A DNA stretch of 36,321 bases from a virus (Duplodnaviria > Caudoviricetes), in IMG/VR virus record IMGVR_UViG_3300006169_000028, positions 1 to 36,321 of that record; one strand, given 5' to 3'. How positions within the stretch are numbered: the first letter of the stretch is position 1; each line of letters starts with the position of its first letter. Below the pieces are notes generated by a model, which was not told where the DNA came from, searched no databases, and saw nothing but the letters and a program-made list of their open reading frames with translations. The position numbers and the translations under genes were made by a program. Below are positions 1 through 7,282 of the stretch, in pieces.

Positions 1-87
1 GGCGACGTGATCGGAAACCGCATTTTGACCGTGCCGCAAAAGTCCGGTAACGGCCGTCATAGAAGAAAATCCCCAGTCTATACCGCC
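1..87. repeat. Terminal direct repeat, copy 1 (circular assembly overlap)
   Basis: Bases 1-87 are identical to 36235-36321 and the large terminase frame runs uninterrupted through the join. Confidence 0.97.
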
Positions 88-1074
88 GATAACCTCCATT
101 CCGACCTCGTACGCGTACGGGTTATCGTATCGATCGTCAAAAATAGCCGCGTCGATCTTTTCCGGATCAAGAACGAGTCCGATCGTCGACGGCCGCGATC
201 CCATATATTCGACGAGGAAGTAATCAAGCGTCGGTTTATTTCGCCAAGCGTTGATAATGTTTTCGATTCGTACCCAACCTTCCGGATCACCGTTTCGGCC
301 GGCCGTGAGTTCTTTTAACTTTTGAAGATCGCCGATCTGCTCGTTAAGCTCCGGATCGTCAAAGATCGATCGGTCGAAAGTCTGAACAACGTCGATAATA
401 TCCCATTTAAAACGAAACCAGCCTCGTTCGGTCGCGTTATCCCATATATCTTGATACAACCCGAAAGCCTTGTGAAAAGTCGACGTCATAACCCGAAGCG
501 GCGACGGCGACGTGTCGACCATAGGAAGGGCCGAAAGCAAAAGACCGTCGTCGGTTTCGCACGCCTCGTCTGCGAATAGTCCGTCCGGGTGAGGGCCGCG
601 AGCTTGTTTCGGCGAGGCGGTGATCGCTTTAAAGTATTTTCCCTTGTCGGATTTCGTCTCCGACATTTTAGGCTCCGAGGCCAGCGCGTCCGTAATCGCC
701 GGATCCGAGTAACAAGAATCGCGGAAATAGTTATATACGATCTGCGCTTGCGCTTCCGATCCGGCCATATCGACGATCGATTTACCTTGAAATAGCCATT
801 TCGAGAATCCGACTTTACCGAGGATCATTGATTTACCACCTCCACGCGGCCCGGCGACAATGATATTCGGGTGCGTCTCGTACCAAATAAGCGCGTAAAG
901 TTGTCGGATCTTCGACGGGAAAAGAACGTCCGGTTCGTATACGTTATGAAAAAAGATCGGCTTCTCGCCGTAGGTACTACGAAGCGCTGTAAGATTGCTC
1001 GCGGAAAGGTTCTTGAAGCGATCCACGGCGTCGAAGTAACTCCGCTCGTTGAAGTGCGTTTGCGATTGTGTCAT
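1..1074 (-). CDS. terL: Terminase large subunit, 5' part (continues at 36234 down to 35764; about 514 aa in total)
   Basis: Missing from the ORF track. Manual translation from ATG 1074 is open to base 1: Walker A IIVAGPRGGGKS, Walker B GLFADEA, motif III-like VMTST, nuclease motif GGIDWGFS. In frame with ORF 35764..36294. Confidence 0.93.
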   Translation of the reverse strand, partial: MTQSQTHFNERSYFDAVDRFKNLSASNLTALRSTYGEKPIFFHNVYEPDVLFPSKIRQLYALIWYETHPNIIVAGPRGGGKSMILGKVGFSKWLFQGKSIVDMAGSEAQAQIVYNYFRDSCYSDPAITDALASEPKMSETKSDKGKYFKAITASPKQARGPHPDGLFADEACETDDGLLLSALPMVDTSPSPLRVMTSTFHKAFGLYQDIWDNATERGWFRFKWDIIDVVQTFDRSIFDDPELNEQIGDLQKLKELTAGRNGDPEGWVRIENIINAWRNKPTLDYFLVEYMGSRPSTIGLVLDPEKIDAAIFDDRYDNPYAYEVGMEVIGGIDWGFSSMTAVTGLLRHGQNAVSDHVA

Positions 1075-1633
1075 AGAAAAGTTTTTGTTCTTCGGCCGGT
1101 AATACGGATATTATCGCGCGAATATCGTCGTTTGCGAATCGTTCTTTGTACTCGACGACCTGCTTCGGCGTCCAACCTTCGACGTAGGCAAGCCAAAGCG
1201 AAACGTCGCCGGCCATACCGTAACGGGCGATCCGGTTAAAGAGCGCGGCCAAGACGTCGGACGTTTTATCTTTACCCCATTCCATACGCTCGTATTCGAC
1301 CCGGTGCGGAAAGTCGAAGCGCTTCTTCCAGTTCGTGAGCGTGTTTATATGAACCCCGTATTTATTCGCGAAGTCTGTTTGATATGGCGGCCGCTTGTAA
1401 TAGGGCGATTGCGGATCTTTAAGCTGTTTTTCGGTAACTCCGAGCATTTCCCACTTTTCGTATGTAGGTAATGCGTACCACTTCACAAAGTCGTTATAGA
1501 TCTCCTCGTAATCCGGCGGACGAACGACAAGTTCCATTCCCGGAGTAACGCCGATATTCTCGGGTTTTTTAACTTCCCCTTGATCCTCGTTTTCCGGGGC
1601 CGGATTCACATTTTGATTTTGATCTTCGTTCAT
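977..1633 (-). CDS. terS: Terminase small subunit-like HTH protein
   Basis: HTH QTDFANKYGVHINTLTNWKK; directly upstream of terL and overlapping it by 98 nt. Confidence 0.75.
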   Translation of the reverse strand: MNEDQNQNVNPAPENEDQGEVKKPENIGVTPGMELVVRPPDYEEIYNDFVKWYALPTYEKWEMLGVTEKQLKDPQSPYYKRPPYQTDFANKYGVHINTLTNWKKRFDFPHRVEYERMEWGKDKTSDVLAALFNRIARYGMAGDVSLWLAYVEGWTPKQVVEYKERFANDDIRAIISVLPAEEQKLFYDTIANALQRAELLRRRGSLQEPFREQSYSAS

Positions 1634-1664
1634 AAAAATATCGCTTCGCTACTTGCTTATTTCC

Positions 1665-1673
1665 ATTCTAACA
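1665..1673 (-). promoter_or_regulatory. Extended -10 promoter upstream of terS
   Basis: TGtTAGAAT on the minus strand, 31 nt before the ATG and downstream of a terminator. Confidence 0.55.
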
Positions 1674-1728
1674 AAAAGATTCGCGGTTTGTGATTCCTAT
1701 TGTGAAATAAAGCGGATCATACGTGCAT

Positions 1729-1763
1729 AAGAGAAAGGCCGCCCAAGACGTGCTAGAGCGGCC
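1729..1763 (-). terminator. Intrinsic terminator after the HNH gene
   Basis: GGCCGCTC-11 nt-GGGCGGCC stem (one G.U) followed by TTTCTCTT. Confidence 0.65.
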
Positions 1764-1784
1764 CCGTACCCGTTCCCCTCGCTT

Positions 1785-2054
1785 TTATGCGGCCCGAGAC
1801 ACGAACCGCTCCAAGTGATCGGGATACCAGTTCGCCGGCATTTTGTCGGCCGGGATCTCTTGTTCGATCGCCTCGTGGCAATCCCAACAAAAGAGAACGG
1901 TTACGTCCCGGAACTCGAATCCGGAATCCCTGTAATGGCGACGAGGCCATACGTGGTGCGCGGTGAGGCGACGGATCTTCTGACACTTCGTACAACGGCC
2001 GATCGAGCCGGATTCGTGTCCGAGGCGTTCCGTAGCCAAGATCTCGAATAGCAT
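1785..2054 (-). CDS. HNH-like zinc-binding endonuclease
   Basis: CTKC...AHHVWP...CWDCH pattern; next to terS as for packaging-associated HNH genes; GAGGTGA Shine-Dalgarno 3 nt before the ATG. Confidence 0.7.
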   Translation of the reverse strand: MLFEILATERLGHESGSIGRCTKCQKIRRLTAHHVWPRRHYRDSGFEFRDVTVLFCWDCHEAIEQEIPADKMPANWYPDHLERFVSRAA

Positions 2055-2057
2055 TGT

Positions 2058-2246
2058 TCACCTCTTGCGGTTACGGGAACGAGCGCGAAGCCACGGGCGA
2101 CGGATAGGGCGAACGTGAAGCGAGGCGGAAGTACCGCACGCGGTACTAACGCAATCGCGACACGAGCGTCCAGGCCGAAGCACGCATTGACGAGGGCGAC
2201 GCGGAAGAAGGATCGCGGCGAGCAAGGCGGCGAGTGAGTTTCGCAT
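2058..2246 (-). CDS. Small Arg/Cys-rich hypothetical protein (62 aa from ATG 2246)
   Basis: MRNSLAALLAAILLPRRPRQC...CRDC...C; the longer TTG start at 2351 runs through a terminator hairpin, so I prefer the ATG. Confidence 0.45.
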   Translation of the reverse strand: MRNSLAALLAAILLPRRPRQCVLRPGRSCRDCVSTACGTSASLHVRPIRRPWLRARSRNRKR

Positions 2247-2279
2247 AGCGAGGATTAGGGCTAGAAGGAACAAGAACGC

Positions 2280-2303
2280 AAAACGCCCCCCGTTAGGAGA
2301 GCG
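2280..2303 (-). terminator. Intrinsic terminator
   Basis: CGCTCTCC-TAAC-GGGGGGCG-TTTT; the two G.U pairs form only on the minus strand. Confidence 0.7.
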
Positions 2304-2366
2304 TATATACGTTACGTGGCGGTAGCGATCGAGCGTCGTTTTACTGAACAATCGATCAACATACCT
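2280..2366 (-). ncRNA. Candidate antisense small RNA (or attenuator leader)
   Basis: TATAAT at 2373-2378; 5' hairpin (GGTA/TACC, GATCGA/TCGATC, TTGTT/AACGA); unpaired GCCACGTAACGTA complementary to three gene leaders; terminator at 2280-2303. Confidence 0.55.
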
Positions 2367-2418
2367 TTGCTTATTATAGCCGTTATCTAGGCCAATAAAA
2401 GCGAAAGAATGTTTATAT

Positions 2419-2919
2419 CTACTTGTCTTTCATTATCCCGGTCGCCGGATCGAACTTCAACGATTTGTACTTTTCAATATCTTTTCGAAGCATATCTTCA
2501 ACGTCGTTTTCCTCTACCCATTCGATCAATCCCTTGACCCGGGCGATCCCTTCGAGAACAACGGTTATTTCTTCAATGCGAGACGATAGAAGTTCTTCTT
2601 TCGTCTTTTTGCGTGGATACATTTTCCCGGTGTTCGGATTAAGCTCGTTTACCTGAATAAGTTCGCCGTCTTTATGGCGACGGGCGAGTTCATATGTCGG
2701 AATAAGCGAGGCGAGGCGATCGTATAGAGCGTCAAGCTGTACGTTAAAAGACGCAATGATCCGTTCGGTAAGCTCCCCTTGTGCTTCCGGATCCGGAGAC
2801 GGGCCGTCTGATTCTTCCGGAATAACCGGATCTTCGACGGGTTCCGGAACTGATTCCGGTGCTTCTTCTTCCGGGGTTACAGGATTTTCTAAATCGGTTT
2901 CGCTTGCTTTTGTAGGCAT
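2419..2919 (-). CDS. Hypothetical protein with acidic Pro/Glu-rich N-terminus
   Basis: 166-aa ORF collinear with neighbours; leader carries TAACCGAACCGAA. Confidence 0.8.
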   Translation of the reverse strand: MPTKASETDLENPVTPEEEAPESVPEPVEDPVIPEESDGPSPDPEAQGELTERIIASFNVQLDALYDRLASLIPTYELARRHKDGELIQVNELNPNTGKMYPRKKTKEELLSSRIEEITVVLEGIARVKGLIEWVEENDVEDMLRKDIEKYKSLKFDPATGIMKDK

Positions 2920-2946
2920 ATTTCGGTTCGGTTATTTAGTATTTCT

Positions 2947-3468
2947 TTATAATATCATTAAAACTTTTACGCTTGATTCGCCGGTTTTTGAGTATTCAAA
3001 GTCGAACGATCCGACGAGCCATTTATCTTGCTTGAAAAGTGCGTCGGCGAACGTACCGAAGACGTTTTCCGGATCTCCGTTATTCTTCTTCGCCCACGAA
3101 ATAAAGATATGCATTTCGGCCTTCGTGTAGTCCTGAACGATAACCGGTGCTTTTGACTCGTACCGGGCCGCCTCGAACTCGTTTTTGCATACCCGGACAC
3201 GTTCGAAGCCGTTTAAATCATTGCGAAACTCGATCGCTTCATAGAACGCCTTTTGAATCTTCTTTTTGAACTCGACGTACTTTTGCGCTTCGGGCGTCCA
3301 GTGCATACGGCCCGTCTTTTTGATCTTCCCGATCGGGTTTATTCGTTCGTCGTGATAGAGACGCTTTGCTTTGCGGTCGAAGCCTACGGATCCTCTGACG
3401 TCGAACTCGATAAATAAGCGGTTATTGTCTTTATGCTTTCGGAGATATTCTTCGGTTACGGCGAGCAT
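2947..3468 (-). CDS. RusA-like Holliday junction resolvase
   Basis: C-terminal GDPENVFGTFADALFKQD resembles RusA DxDNxxKxxxDAL...DD; typical position at the end of the early region; conserved Lys apparently absent. Confidence 0.65.
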   Translation of the reverse strand: MLAVTEEYLRKHKDNNRLFIEFDVRGSVGFDRKAKRLYHDERINPIGKIKKTGRMHWTPEAQKYVEFKKKIQKAFYEAIEFRNDLNGFERVRVCKNEFEAARYESKAPVIVQDYTKAEMHIFISWAKKNNGDPENVFGTFADALFKQDKWLVGSFDFEYSKTGESSVKVLMIL

Positions 3469-3477
3469 TAACGCCCA

Positions 3478-3690
3478 TTATAGGCTATTCAAGAACTCTT
3501 GATTTGCCGAACTGTCGCGTTCTTCTGAAAGTCCGGTTCGTTTCGATCCCTTTCGAATGATCTCGACGAGCTTTTGTTCGCTGATAGTAAAACGACAATC
3601 CCGATTATTGCATTTATGTCTGTCGCCGTACTGTTCGAGCGGCCAAGAGCATTTAGGGCATAAGTAATCCCGGAGATTTGACCACTTCAT
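3478..3690 (-). CDS. Small zinc-ribbon protein
   Basis: CPKC...CNNRDC; 70 aa. Confidence 0.75.
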   Translation of the reverse strand: MKWSNLRDYLCPKCSWPLEQYGDRHKCNNRDCRFTISEQKLVEIIRKGSKRTGLSEERDSSANQEFLNSL

Positions 3691-3694
3691 AGAT

Positions 3695-3817
3695 TTATAT
3701 CGCCCCGGCGTCGGAAGTCGCGAACGCCCACAGTACGAAAAGGATAAAGAGCCATATCGGGCTAGTGAATAAGATCGCGGTTAATATCACTTTGTTTTTA
3801 TCTGATAGTTTTTTCAT
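3695..3817 (-). CDS. Small single-pass membrane protein (40 aa)
   Basis: Not in the ORF track. MKKLSDKNKVILTAILFTSPIWLFILFVLWAFATSDAGAI; fills the gap between neighbours with 4-nt spacers. Confidence 0.75.
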   Translation of the reverse strand: MKKLSDKNKVILTAILFTSPIWLFILFVLWAFATSDAGAI

Positions 3818-3821
3818 AGAT

Positions 3822-4178
3822 TTATTTTAGCGCGTCTGATAACTCGTAAACTTTAACTTCTTCCGGAGTCCGGACGAGAAGATCGACGGATCGGGAACTA
3901 TATTTCACGTAATCGAACTCGTCTTTTGTAAGCTGTACAACGGGCGCGAAGCGGTGTCGGAGCCGCCGAAGTGCTTCAAGTCGGTGATTTCCGTCGGTAA
4001 TAACGAACTTCTTTCCGTTAAAATACGCCGGCATAACTCGCCCTTTCCCTTGATCCCAACCTTCCGCGACGATCTGATCGACGACTTCTTCGTTTAGCCG
4101 ATCATTCGTAGGCTCGATTAAGCGGAGATCCACGAGTTCAATATCGACGATTCTTTGTTTAGGCGTGAACGTTTTCAT
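3822..4178 (-). CDS. ParB/sulfiredoxin N-terminal domain protein
   Basis: FVITDGNHRLEALRRL is the ParB/Srx DGxHR signature; stand-alone, 118 aa. Confidence 0.8.
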   Translation of the reverse strand: MKTFTPKQRIVDIELVDLRLIEPTNDRLNEEVVDQIVAEGWDQGKGRVMPAYFNGKKFVITDGNHRLEALRRLRHRFAPVVQLTKDEFDYVKYSSRSVDLLVRTPEEVKVYELSDALK

Positions 4179-4180
4179 AG

Positions 4181-4705
4181 TTAGATAACCGGATTTAGAA
4201 CGAGTAAATACTTATCGAATCGCATTTTTTGACGGTTGAACGCTTCGATCACGTCGTCCGGAGCGATAATCAAAAGAAGCGTTCCGCCGTCTTTATATTT
4301 GATTTCCTCGACTCGAGCCGTGAACTCGATCGTCTCACATTCCTTTTGAAGCTCGTCGAGTTGCGCGCGCATTTCGGCCACCTTTTTATTTGTTTCCCGA
4401 ACTTGACCGGGATCGCTCGCGAATAGCGAATCATTAAGCTGATTTTCGACTTCTTCGATCCGTTCGATATAAGGCGCGGTATCTAGCTCGAAACGCATTT
4501 TGTAACGGTGATATGCGCGCGGAAGAATATCTTTTACGTTTAGTTTGATAAACCACGAAAGATCTTTAAGTTTGATCTCGCGTAAATCTAGCTTTGACTT
4601 GATCGACAAGACTTCTTCGTCGTCCATATCGAGCAGTTCGGCCGAGTCGTCGACAATGTGATCTTTGACGGCCTCGGATAATGTTTTCTTCGGTTCGGTT
4701 GCCAT
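4181..4705 (-). CDS. Hypothetical protein with central coiled coil
   Basis: 174-aa ORF tightly packed in the operon. Confidence 0.8.
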   Translation of the reverse strand: MATEPKKTLSEAVKDHIVDDSAELLDMDDEEVLSIKSKLDLREIKLKDLSWFIKLNVKDILPRAYHRYKMRFELDTAPYIERIEEVENQLNDSLFASDPGQVRETNKKVAEMRAQLDELQKECETIEFTARVEEIKYKDGGTLLLIIAPDDVIEAFNRQKMRFDKYLLVLNPVI

Positions 4706-4722
4706 AGTTTTTTATTAGAGGT

Positions 4723-4983
4723 TTATAGTTCGTTTTTAAGTTGTGCGCGTTTTATATCTTTCAAGAGATTGAATACGCCGCGCTTGTACTTGCTCCCTTT
4801 TCTGTCTTTATATTTCCCGGTTCCGGGCCAAAAGTCGAAGCGATCAAAAACGGTTAAATGTGCTTCTGTATGAACCGTTATCGGGAAGCCGTGTTCTTCG
4901 AGTAATGCGCGAGAACTTTTTCGATTTTGCGCGCGTCGTTTTTGTGAGTCTATTTTGCGCGCTTGCCAGTTTTGAGTAGTCAT
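4723..4983 (-). CDS. Small basic hypothetical protein
   Basis: 86 aa containing FDFWPGTGKY...RGVFNL; tightly packed. Confidence 0.75.
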   Translation of the reverse strand: MTTQNWQARKIDSQKRRAQNRKSSRALLEEHGFPITVHTEAHLTVFDRFDFWPGTGKYKDRKGSKYKRGVFNLLKDIKRAQLKNEL

Positions 4984-4986
4984 AAG

Positions 4987-5778
4987 CTATCTTCGGTTAT
5001 TAGCGAACTCTTTCGGTTTTTCCGGCGTGAACTTGATCCCGAGAATATCGGCTAGAGATTTGACGCCGTACATAGTTTCCCTTTGGTCGATCGGACGTTC
5101 TTCTTCGATCGGGCGATTCGGCCGGTATTGAAAGGCATAATGTTCGAGATCCTTCCAAAAGTCGGCGCGATTCTTCATATCATTCATAAGACCGTTTATC
5201 ACGGTAGAAGATAGGAAGACGCGAATCGAGGGCGAGAGCGTTTTATAACGTGGCGCGGCGAGGAAATAAATCATTAGTTGCTCGAATACGTTTTGCGATA
5301 CGTTGAGCTTATTTAATGCTTTCCCGAGCATTGATTTATCGGCGGCGGTGATCTGAACCGGTACGCCACGGAGACGTTTTCCGTTCTCGATAAAATATTC
5401 GATTAACTCGTTGAACATATTCGCATTCGGACTCGCTTTTTTCTTCGGATTTTTCGGCGGCTTGATTTCTTCCGGAACCTTCAAAAGCGTGTAAACGTGC
5501 GGCCGGCCCGGACGCTCCTCGATCGTAAGCAATCCGAGATCTTCGAGTTCTCGCTTAGCTTTGAAAGCGGTCGTTCGGCCGAGCGGTAGTTTTTCCGACA
5601 ACGCGGCGAGCGAGGGCCGGGCCTTTTGCGTGTGATTATTTGCGTACGTTGAGATCGCCATATATAGGCGAAACGCCGCATTCGAAACGTGCTTCGAAAA
5701 GATCACGCTCTTTTCTGTCCACGCCCATTTTTCCTCGCGGAGATCTCGGATCTCGATTTCTTGATTGTATTCACTCAT
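4987..5778 (-). CDS. Putative replication initiator with N-terminal winged HTH
   Basis: SNAAFRLYMAISTYAN...ARPSLAALSEKLPLGRTTAFKAKRELEDLGLL...HVYTL is typical of phage replisome-organiser N-termini, followed by a Lys/Pro linker and a helical domain. Confidence 0.75.
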   Translation of the reverse strand: MSEYNQEIEIRDLREEKWAWTEKSVIFSKHVSNAAFRLYMAISTYANNHTQKARPSLAALSEKLPLGRTTAFKAKRELEDLGLLTIEERPGRPHVYTLLKVPEEIKPPKNPKKKASPNANMFNELIEYFIENGKRLRGVPVQITAADKSMLGKALNKLNVSQNVFEQLMIYFLAAPRYKTLSPSIRVFLSSTVINGLMNDMKNRADFWKDLEHYAFQYRPNRPIEEERPIDQRETMYGVKSLADILGIKFTPEKPKEFANNRR

Positions 5779-5802
5779 TTTTAGCCACGTAATAAGCTAG
5801 TA

Positions 5803-5819
5803 ATCTTTTACTATGTTAT
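5803..5819. promoter_or_regulatory. Phased direct-repeat operator, copy 1
   Basis: ATCTTTT-act-ATGTTAT, matching copies at 9243, 10752 and 12953. Confidence 0.5.
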
Positions 5820-5830
5820 CGCGACGGGCG

Positions 5831-6514
5831 TCAAAAGTCCGTGTTGATAAGCTGTTGATATTGAACGAAGTCGGCCGACGAATAAGTATCGGTTATCGTG
5901 CGATAGTCTTCGTTCGGAGCTTTCCCCTTCGAGATCTTTCGACGGATTTCGTCTCCGTAATGATTAAACGCCTTTTCAAGTGTCGTCGTCTCATTTTCGG
6001 CTCGTTCGTAGATCTGTCCGCGATAGATAACGACGTGCTCTTGAACCGGCAATCCTCGAAGCGCCTCGAATCCTCGCTTTGTGATAACCCACGTCCCGGC
6101 GACGTGTCGACCGCTCGCGTTTTTTAACTTTGCGACGAGGCCGTGATACCGGGCAATCGTCGTTCGGGATTTGACCGCGTACGTCGTATCGAGATCGTGG
6201 ATCTTGATTTGATTCGCGAACGTGAAGTCGTTATAACGCTCCATTCGCTTTTGAAGTTCTTCGAACATTTTCATTAGAAGAACCCCGTCTAAATACGTAA
6301 CGTGATAAACGGTCGCCATTATCGACGCGTCGCATACGGCGCACGTCCCGTCTTTTTTCGCTTGTTCAAGCTCCGGGATCTCGTGATACATATACGATCG
6401 GAAGACTTCGAACGATTCCCGGGCCGCCTCGTTTTTTTGAAGTAGCGTATGCGCGAATCGCATTAGGGCGCCGAGTCGTGTCGGCTGCTCGCGTTGTGTT
6501 TTAGTTTTCGTCAT
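5831..6514 (-). CDS. Hypothetical protein, possible winged-helix DNA-binding domain
   Basis: 227 aa; CAVC motif and wing-like GTWVITKRGFEAL. Confidence 0.75.
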   Translation of the reverse strand: MTKTKTQREQPTRLGALMRFAHTLLQKNEAARESFEVFRSYMYHEIPELEQAKKDGTCAVCDASIMATVYHVTYLDGVLLMKMFEELQKRMERYNDFTFANQIKIHDLDTTYAVKSRTTIARYHGLVAKLKNASGRHVAGTWVITKRGFEALRGLPVQEHVVIYRGQIYERAENETTTLEKAFNHYGDEIRRKISKGKAPNEDYRTITDTYSSADFVQYQQLINTDF

Positions 6515-6872
6515 ATTCGGATCCGAAATATTCCTCGTACGGGCTAGAGATTTCGCCGTTATCCCGTAGATTCATAAAACGCATTATTGTCGGGCCGTCC
6601 GGCCACCAGTTGCGAAGAATCGACCGCGACGCGCGCCCTTCTTGTCGATCGGTATCATATCGAAAGAAGACTTGTCGGATCCGGCCGGTATCGAACCGGT
6701 CGACGCTGATAATGACTCCGTTACGCTTATACTTTCCGAGCTTTTCCGTGAAAGTATCGCCGCTTGACGCGCCCCAATCGCGCCATTCTTCAAGTGCTCG
6801 CGAGAACTTCCGGAATACGCCGACGGCATATACGATAATCACCGCGAGAATAACGAGAGTAAGTATTGTCAT
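6501..6872 (-). CDS. Hypothetical protein with N-terminal transmembrane helix
   Basis: Hydrophobic N-terminus MTILTLVILAVIIVYAVGVF. Confidence 0.75.
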   Translation of the reverse strand: MTILTLVILAVIIVYAVGVFRKFSRALEEWRDWGASSGDTFTEKLGKYKRNGVIISVDRFDTGRIRQVFFRYDTDRQEGRASRSILRNWWPDGPTIMRFMNLRDNGEISSPYEEYFGSEYDEN

Positions 6873-6873
6873 A

Positions 6874-7281
6874 CTATTTTCCGTCGACGAATCGCTCGAT
6901 CGCGCGGAAGAACCGTCGGCCGACTGTGTGCTTGTGGACGCCGATTTCTTCCCCGATTTGACGATATGATTCGTTATTAACTAACTTGCCGTAGAGGATC
7001 CTGTAATCGATCGGATCGAACATTCTTTTGAACTCCGGTAAAAGACGTTCTAGTTCGGCGTTATATTGTCCGATAAGTGCGTGCTGTTCGGAACCTGAAT
7101 CCGAATGTAGAAAGCGGCGTAATATCCCTTGAAGTTGTCCGAGCCGATAACGACGGATTTCCTTTTGTCGTTCGAGCTTTCGATCCGGCGAAGATACTTC
7201 CGGAGTCGGAACGTGCGAATCGGACTTTAGGCCGATATACATTAAAGCGATAACGACGAGAGCTATTAAGACGTAGATCAT
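6874..7281 (-). CDS. Membrane-anchored protein with sigma-70 region-4-like HTH
   Basis: N-terminal TM helix; C-terminal ESYRQIGEEIGVHKHTVGRRFFRAIERF. Confidence 0.7.
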   Translation of the reverse strand: MIYVLIALVVIALMYIGLKSDSHVPTPEVSSPDRKLERQKEIRRYRLGQLQGILRRFLHSDSGSEQHALIGQYNAELERLLPEFKRMFDPIDYRILYGKLVNNESYRQIGEEIGVHKHTVGRRFFRAIERFVDGK

Positions 7282-7282
7282 A

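Noticed and set aside
1-87. Biological terminal repeats or att sites
   Set aside because: The repeat falls in the middle of terL and is most simply an assembler overlap.
2392-2402. 11-bp repeat CCAATAAAAGC also at 12643-12653
   Set aside because: Only two copies of an AT-rich word, with no consistent position relative to promoters or starts; could be chance.
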